From: Candidatus Asgardarchaeum abyssi
GTDB taxonomy: Archaea; Asgardarchaeota; Asgardarchaeia; Asgardarchaeales; Asgardarchaeaceae
Length of the DNA stretch: 21,391 nt
NCBI GenBank assembly: GCA_040225955.1
Contig: JBECUL010000038.1
Location: 1-21,391 of the forward strand
Direction: 5' to 3'
Under the pieces are notes generated by a model. It worked only from the letters and a program-made list of their open reading frames with translations, was not told the DNA's origin and made no database searches. This document shows positions 17,205 through 21,391 of this stretch, piece after piece (the first letter of the stretch is position 1; the number at the start of each line of letters is the position of its first letter). A program made the translations under genes and the position numbers.

Positions 17205-18119
17205 CTAATGAGCAAATAAACCTATTTTCTCGATATATTTTAAGGTAATTCCTCTAAAGTCGCTAAGAGAACTGTAATTCTTTCGTTCCATAAAATCCTT
17301 TAATTCATCTATTATTTCATTTATCACTTTTACACCCTTTTGTAGAACAATAGTACAAAGTTGTACAGCATGTGCACCAGCCATTACCATCTTTACTACA
17401 TCTAGTCCACGAGTAATTCCACCTACTCCAAAAATTGGAATCTTTACTCTTTGAGCAATACCAGCAACTGTTCTTAATGCGAATGGTCTAATTGCATGTC
17501 CAGACAACCAGCCCTCTCCACTAGGACTACCCAAATAAGGTTTACCAGTTTCAGGATTTATTTCTAGGACAGGGCCTACAGAGTCGATCGCTGTTATCGC
17601 ATCAGCTCCTAACTCTTCTGCTTTCTTAGCAACATTAAAAACCTCATCTTTCCAATTTGCACTTAGTTTAACAGATATAGGAAGATCTGTTTTAGGTCTA
17701 GCGACCTTAAGCATTGGGATTATTTGAGAAGCATCATATGAAACCAACTCAATCATGTCAGCACCACTATCTTTAACTAGAGGGACTATTGTTTCAGCAT
17801 CCTTTACAGAGAGCCCTATGCTAGCAATTACACGTATTCCGTATGATTTAGCTAATTTTATTTCCTTTTCTAACCACTGTTCATACGGCAAATCTGACCA
17901 TTTTTCAGCATTAATTAATATAAGGTCATCAACTTTTGCAACAGCTGGTTTTGGATTTACGGCTGGAACTAAATTTAGCGTCTTTGTTACAACCCCCGCT
18001 ACGCCAGCTTCAGCAACTCTCTTTATCGTTTTGTGATCTCTTGTTAAAGGACATGAACTAATAATTATTGGATTTTTAAATTTAACACCAGCAATATCTA
18101 CACTTAAGTCTAAACTCAT
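17205..18119 (-). CDS. Dihydroorotate/dihydropyrimidine dehydrogenase-like FMN protein with an atypical active site
   Basis: FKNPII, VVTKT, SVKL, LSGHAIRP, GVGGI and AGAHAVQ are present, but the NxSCP loop is replaced by ELVSY. Start overlaps the upstream stop (TAATG). Confidence 0.85.
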   Translation of the reverse strand: MSLDLSVDIAGVKFKNPIIISSCPLTRDHKTIKRVAEAGVAGVVTKTLNLVPAVNPKPAVAKVDDLILINAEKWSDLPYEQWLEKEIKLAKSYGIRVIASIGLSVKDAETIVPLVKDSGADMIELVSYDASQIIPMLKVARPKTDLPISVKLSANWKDEVFNVAKKAEELGADAITAIDSVGPVLEINPETGKPYLGSPSGEGWLSGHAIRPFALRTVAGIAQRVKIPIFGVGGITRGLDVVKMVMAGAHAVQLCTIVLQKGVKVINEIIDELKDFMERKNYSSLSDFRGITLKYIEKIGLFAH

Positions 18120-19468
18120 TAGGATCCACCAGCTTTTTTCTTTATTAAATCCCAAAACTGTTCTGCTACTTCACTTAACTTCGTTTTTGCTTCAGTCTCA
18201 TCAACTGTAAGAATCTGTCTATCTTTCATTACTAGGTTGCCATTAATAAATACATCATTTACAAAGGATCCCTCTCCAAAAACAACAAGCTGCGTGACTA
18301 AGTTTTCTTCATTTACGGGTGTCGGAAGTTTTGGCTTTACTGTGATTATATCTGCAAGTTTACCAGGAGTTATAGACCCTATTAGATCCTGCATTCCAAT
18401 AACTTTTGCATTATTGATAGTTGCCATTTTCATTACAACATCTGCAGGCATGACACTTGCATCTTTCATATTTGCTTTATGAATCAAAAACGCAAATCGC
18501 ATAACGTGAAACATATCTACGATGTATCCATCAGTTCCTAGACCTACTGTAAGACCTTCCTCTAGCATTTGAGGAATTGGTGCTATGCCTCCTCCAACCT
18601 CGCAATTGCTTACGGGCATGTGAGAAATTTTCACATCGTACTTTTTGAGAGTCTTAATTTCTTTTGGAGTTGTTTGGACACACTGCGATGCAAGAACATC
18701 CGGGCCAAGAAAGCCTATTTCTTCATACAATTCAACTGGAAGTTTTCTGTATTTTACCAAGGCATGAATTGTTTCATAATCACCCTCTTCTAAGTGGAGA
18801 TGTATTCCTGCTTTATATTGATTAGCTAACTCACGCACTTTCTTTAAAAAGTCAGGGCTACATGTAAAAGTTGTATGGATACAGAACATACCTCTCGTTA
18901 GGGACTCTTTAGACACATTATGCTTCTTAATGAATTCTAAATTTTCTTTGATCCCTAACTCACCATTCTCCTTACTTATACGCTCAGTGGCTTCGAAGCT
19001 TAGAATAGAGCGAATCCCAACTTCTTCTGTTGCTTTTGCCTCAACATCCAATGCCCCAGGTATTGCATAGGGTGCTTCCAATATATCAGCATGCGTTGTT
19101 GTTCCAGTTTTTATCATCTCTATTGATGCAACCTTAGCGGCATGGTATATCATGTCTTTATCTAATAAGTTCTCAACATATGGCCACCAAAACGCTTCTA
19201 GAAATCCAATAAATGTAGATGGTACATCTGGAATTGGCATTCCGTGGGATAAAACACCATACATATGATTATGGCTCGATATCAAACCTGGCATAACGAT
19301 CTTATCAGATGCGTCGAATACCTCAGTACCGGGATATTCTTTGATTACTTTCTCATACTCTCCAACATATATTATTTTGTTTTCTTTAACAACAACTGCG
19401 CCATCCTTAATAAGTCCATATTGAGGATCCATTGTTAATAAATATTTACTTCTGATAATGAGACTCAT
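18119..19468 (-). CDS. SsnA/MtaD-like metal-dependent amidohydrolase
   Basis: MPGLISSHNHMY, GTTT, HTTFT, HLHLEEG, GLGTDG and GKLADI motifs. ATG 19468 follows AGGTGG. Confidence 0.9.
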   Translation of the reverse strand: MSLIIRSKYLLTMDPQYGLIKDGAVVVKENKIIYVGEYEKVIKEYPGTEVFDASDKIVMPGLISSHNHMYGVLSHGMPIPDVPSTFIGFLEAFWWPYVENLLDKDMIYHAAKVASIEMIKTGTTTHADILEAPYAIPGALDVEAKATEEVGIRSILSFEATERISKENGELGIKENLEFIKKHNVSKESLTRGMFCIHTTFTCSPDFLKKVRELANQYKAGIHLHLEEGDYETIHALVKYRKLPVELYEEIGFLGPDVLASQCVQTTPKEIKTLKKYDVKISHMPVSNCEVGGGIAPIPQMLEEGLTVGLGTDGYIVDMFHVMRFAFLIHKANMKDASVMPADVVMKMATINNAKVIGMQDLIGSITPGKLADIITVKPKLPTPVNEENLVTQLVVFGEGSFVNDVFINGNLVMKDRQILTVDETEAKTKLSEVAEQFWDLIKKKAGGS

Positions 19469-19712
19469 ACTAACCACCTGCAATAATTTATTATTCTGAA
19501 ATTTAAAAAATTTATACGAAATATTTCTTATTCTTACAATTATGATAATTACGAAAATCAAAATCTGTAAAAATTATAATTTATTTGAAGAGTCTATTAT
19601 TTGATATTAAAAAATTAGAATGGACCATAGTTAACACTTAAACCAATAACTCTCTAAGACACTAAAAATCCAAAAAACAGTGCATAGAACTGACTTTTGA
19701 TTTGATTTATAT

Positions 19713-19731
19713 AAAAAAGAAAAAACAAAAA
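19713..19731 (-). terminator. Oligo-T archaeal-type terminator after the BMP gene
   Basis: TTTTTGTTTTTTCTTTTTT on the minus strand, 5 nt after the stop codon. Confidence 0.55.
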
Positions 19732-19736
19732 TTTAA

Positions 19737-20957
19737 TTATGGCTTTGGAGCATTTGGATCTACGCCTTCAACATAGAAGTTAATTGACCATAGCTGGTCA
19801 TGAGTTGCTCTCTGACCGTCAGCTAGCCATTGGGTGCCATTCTGGAAGTTAATTGGTCCTGTGTATGGATCAAAGACTACAGTTTCTTCGCTCATTAATT
19901 CAAGTAGTTCGAAGACAAGATCATATACGCTTATTTGTTCGCCAGTTATTGGATGAGTTGCCATCTTGTTCTTTAGTATATTTTCGAATCTTGGATTTAT
20001 TGGAACACCAAAGTCAGCGCCTAACTCGACAGCACCTTCCTTCAGCATCCACCAGTAGTCAACATTTTCTAAGTTAGTTGTGTTATAAGCACCAGAGTAC
20101 ACCTTAGATAGTATGTCTTCATATATAACCTCCCAGTGAACTAGCTGACCGCTAACAACAACATCCGTACCGAATTTTAGCATAGGACTGTAGTGTGCGA
20201 ATACAAGAACTGTTCTATTCGCCTGATCATATAGGCTTTGAGCATATTCAACTATTGCAGCAGAGTCCTCAGTAAATGCGATAGCATCAACATTATCGTC
20301 AAATACTAATGATTCGGCAGCATCTCTTGCTTTGGTTGGATCATACCAAGCGTGAATAACTCTTATGTGAACTGTAACATTTGGATTTACTGTTCTTGCA
20401 CCCAATACAAATGCATTTATATGTCTGACAACTTCTGGGGTTAAGTGAGCCGCCACATAGCCTATGTGGCTTGTATTTGTAAGTGCGCCAGCCATAAGAC
20501 CGTTAAGATAGTATAGCTGATAGAACTCAGCGAAGTAGGTACCCATGTTCTTCCATCGTTTGTATCCAGAGCAGTGGAAGAATATTTTATCTGGATAATT
20601 CTGAGCAGCTTCTAACGTCGGATCCATAAATCCAAAGCTTGTAGTGAATATTACATCAGCACCCTGGTTTATGAGATTTTCAATGTAGCTCAATGCTTGA
20701 CCTTCAGGAACGCTCTCTGCATAAATAGTCTCTAGCCAGTCAAACTTTTCATCAACCCATTGTCGACCATAGTCATGCGCATAGGTCCAACCAATGTCAC
20801 CAACAGGTCCAATGTAAATGAATCCGGCCTTTAGGACTCTTTTAGCACCTGGAGGTGGAGCAACTGCTGGCAGTGCAAAGTAACCGATACCAGCACCTAT
20901 AAGAATACCCACTATAAGGACTACTGCGAGAGACAATAGCTTACCTTTCTCTGCCAT
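19737..20957 (-). CDS. BMP family ABC substrate-binding protein (nucleoside/purine type), N-terminal membrane anchor
   Basis: GFIYIGPVGDIGWTYAHD, TTSFGFMD, HCSGY, PEVVRHINAF and WYDP motifs. AGGTGA SD. Confidence 0.92.
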   Translation of the reverse strand: MAEKGKLLSLAVVLIVGILIGAGIGYFALPAVAPPPGAKRVLKAGFIYIGPVGDIGWTYAHDYGRQWVDEKFDWLETIYAESVPEGQALSYIENLINQGADVIFTTSFGFMDPTLEAAQNYPDKIFFHCSGYKRWKNMGTYFAEFYQLYYLNGLMAGALTNTSHIGYVAAHLTPEVVRHINAFVLGARTVNPNVTVHIRVIHAWYDPTKARDAAESLVFDDNVDAIAFTEDSAAIVEYAQSLYDQANRTVLVFAHYSPMLKFGTDVVVSGQLVHWEVIYEDILSKVYSGAYNTTNLENVDYWWMLKEGAVELGADFGVPINPRFENILKNKMATHPITGEQISVYDLVFELLELMSEETVVFDPYTGPINFQNGTQWLADGQRATHDQLWSINFYVEGVDPNAPKP

Positions 20958-21007
20958 AGAGCATCACCTAAAGAGTTGACTCAAATAACTCTTAGCTTGG
21001 GAGCTAC

Positions 21008-21020
21008 TATTTAAAATTTT
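21008..21020 (-). promoter_or_regulatory. Putative BRE/TATA promoter of the BMP gene
   Basis: AAAAT-TTTAAATA on the minus strand about 50 bp upstream of the ATG. Confidence 0.45.
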
Positions 21021-21104
21021 AGGAAAAAGAAATAAAGCAAATTGAAATTATAATAAATATTTTTTATCAAATTTTAGAACAAATTATTAAAATTTTTTAT
21101 TTTT

Positions 21105-21391
21105 CAGAGCACTTGTAAAAAATATGCCTCAAAAAATCAAATTTCAGCCCCTTTTGAAAAATAAAGCTGCGTATTCACTTATCAGCCTCATGCACCTAGA
21201 TCCAGAAAAGCCATCTCCCGCCCCTTTCACTCCGAAACACGGCGCCAACCAACCCGCAAATCGAAAAGTTGAAAACATCCCCCTTATCACTACATTTGGT
21301 GAGTGCAATGAACCTCTTACTGTACACAAAACGTATGACGATACCTGAAATAAGAGCCTTACTCGATGTGGCTTCAATACCAACACATACG
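21105..21391 (-). mobile_element. Possible end of a second IS-like element, cut by the window edge
   Basis: Abrupt rise in GC after an AT-rich tract, G/T-rich minus strand like the left element, and a candidate terminus CAGAGCACTTGT. No recognisable transposase motif. Confidence 0.35.

Noticed and set aside
1126-20077. Short antisense or nested ORFs in the track (1126, 7751, 8765, 9176, 9427, 10212, 10286, 11798, 12153, 13803, 14934, 15733, 16821, 17755, 18237, 18569, 19853)
   Set aside because: Shadow frames of well-supported genes, with no motifs of their own.
10153-20957. Orphan BMP as the missing binding protein of the ABC operon
   Set aside because: BMP proteins work with CUT2-type permeases and double-domain ATPases, not TauC/SsuC-type permeases.
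21124-21386. Two overlapping short ORFs at the right end
   Set aside because: No recognisable motifs and atypical composition; treated as part of a possible mobile element.
1-21391. CRISPR arrays, tRNA/rRNA genes, tandem repeat arrays
   Set aside because: None seen by eye; small RNAs cannot be excluded without a covariance-model search.

Overview
AT-rich archaeal genomic segment (GGTG/GGAGG Shine-Dalgarno sites, TATA-box promoters, a tungsten-type AOR, a membrane-anchored solute-binding protein with N-glycosylation sequons). A thermophilic and possibly Asgard-related lineage is an inference only. Both window ends run into IS-like sequence. The left element truncates an MFS gene, and a decayed inverted copy of it lies at 4047-4347. 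The interior holds DUF1028, a DUF3795 pseudogene, two paralogous hypothetical genes, TldD, a resolvase-fold-like protein, a TPR protein, HAD and DUF89 phosphatases, an MBL hydrolase, an ABC permease/ATPase/DUF364 unit lacking a binding protein, an FlK-like thioesterase and a vapBC pair. Highlights: (1) a membrane protein whose motifs match the Batten-disease protein CLN6 as I recall it; (2) a BMP / SsnA-like amidohydrolase / DHOD-like flavoenzyme / AOR cluster in which two enzymes have non-canonical active sites, suggesting an uncharacterised nucleobase or heterocycle catabolic route; (3) a tandem winged-helix protein resembling UFL1/DDRGK/PCI domains. All family calls come from motif recognition by eye, not database searches.
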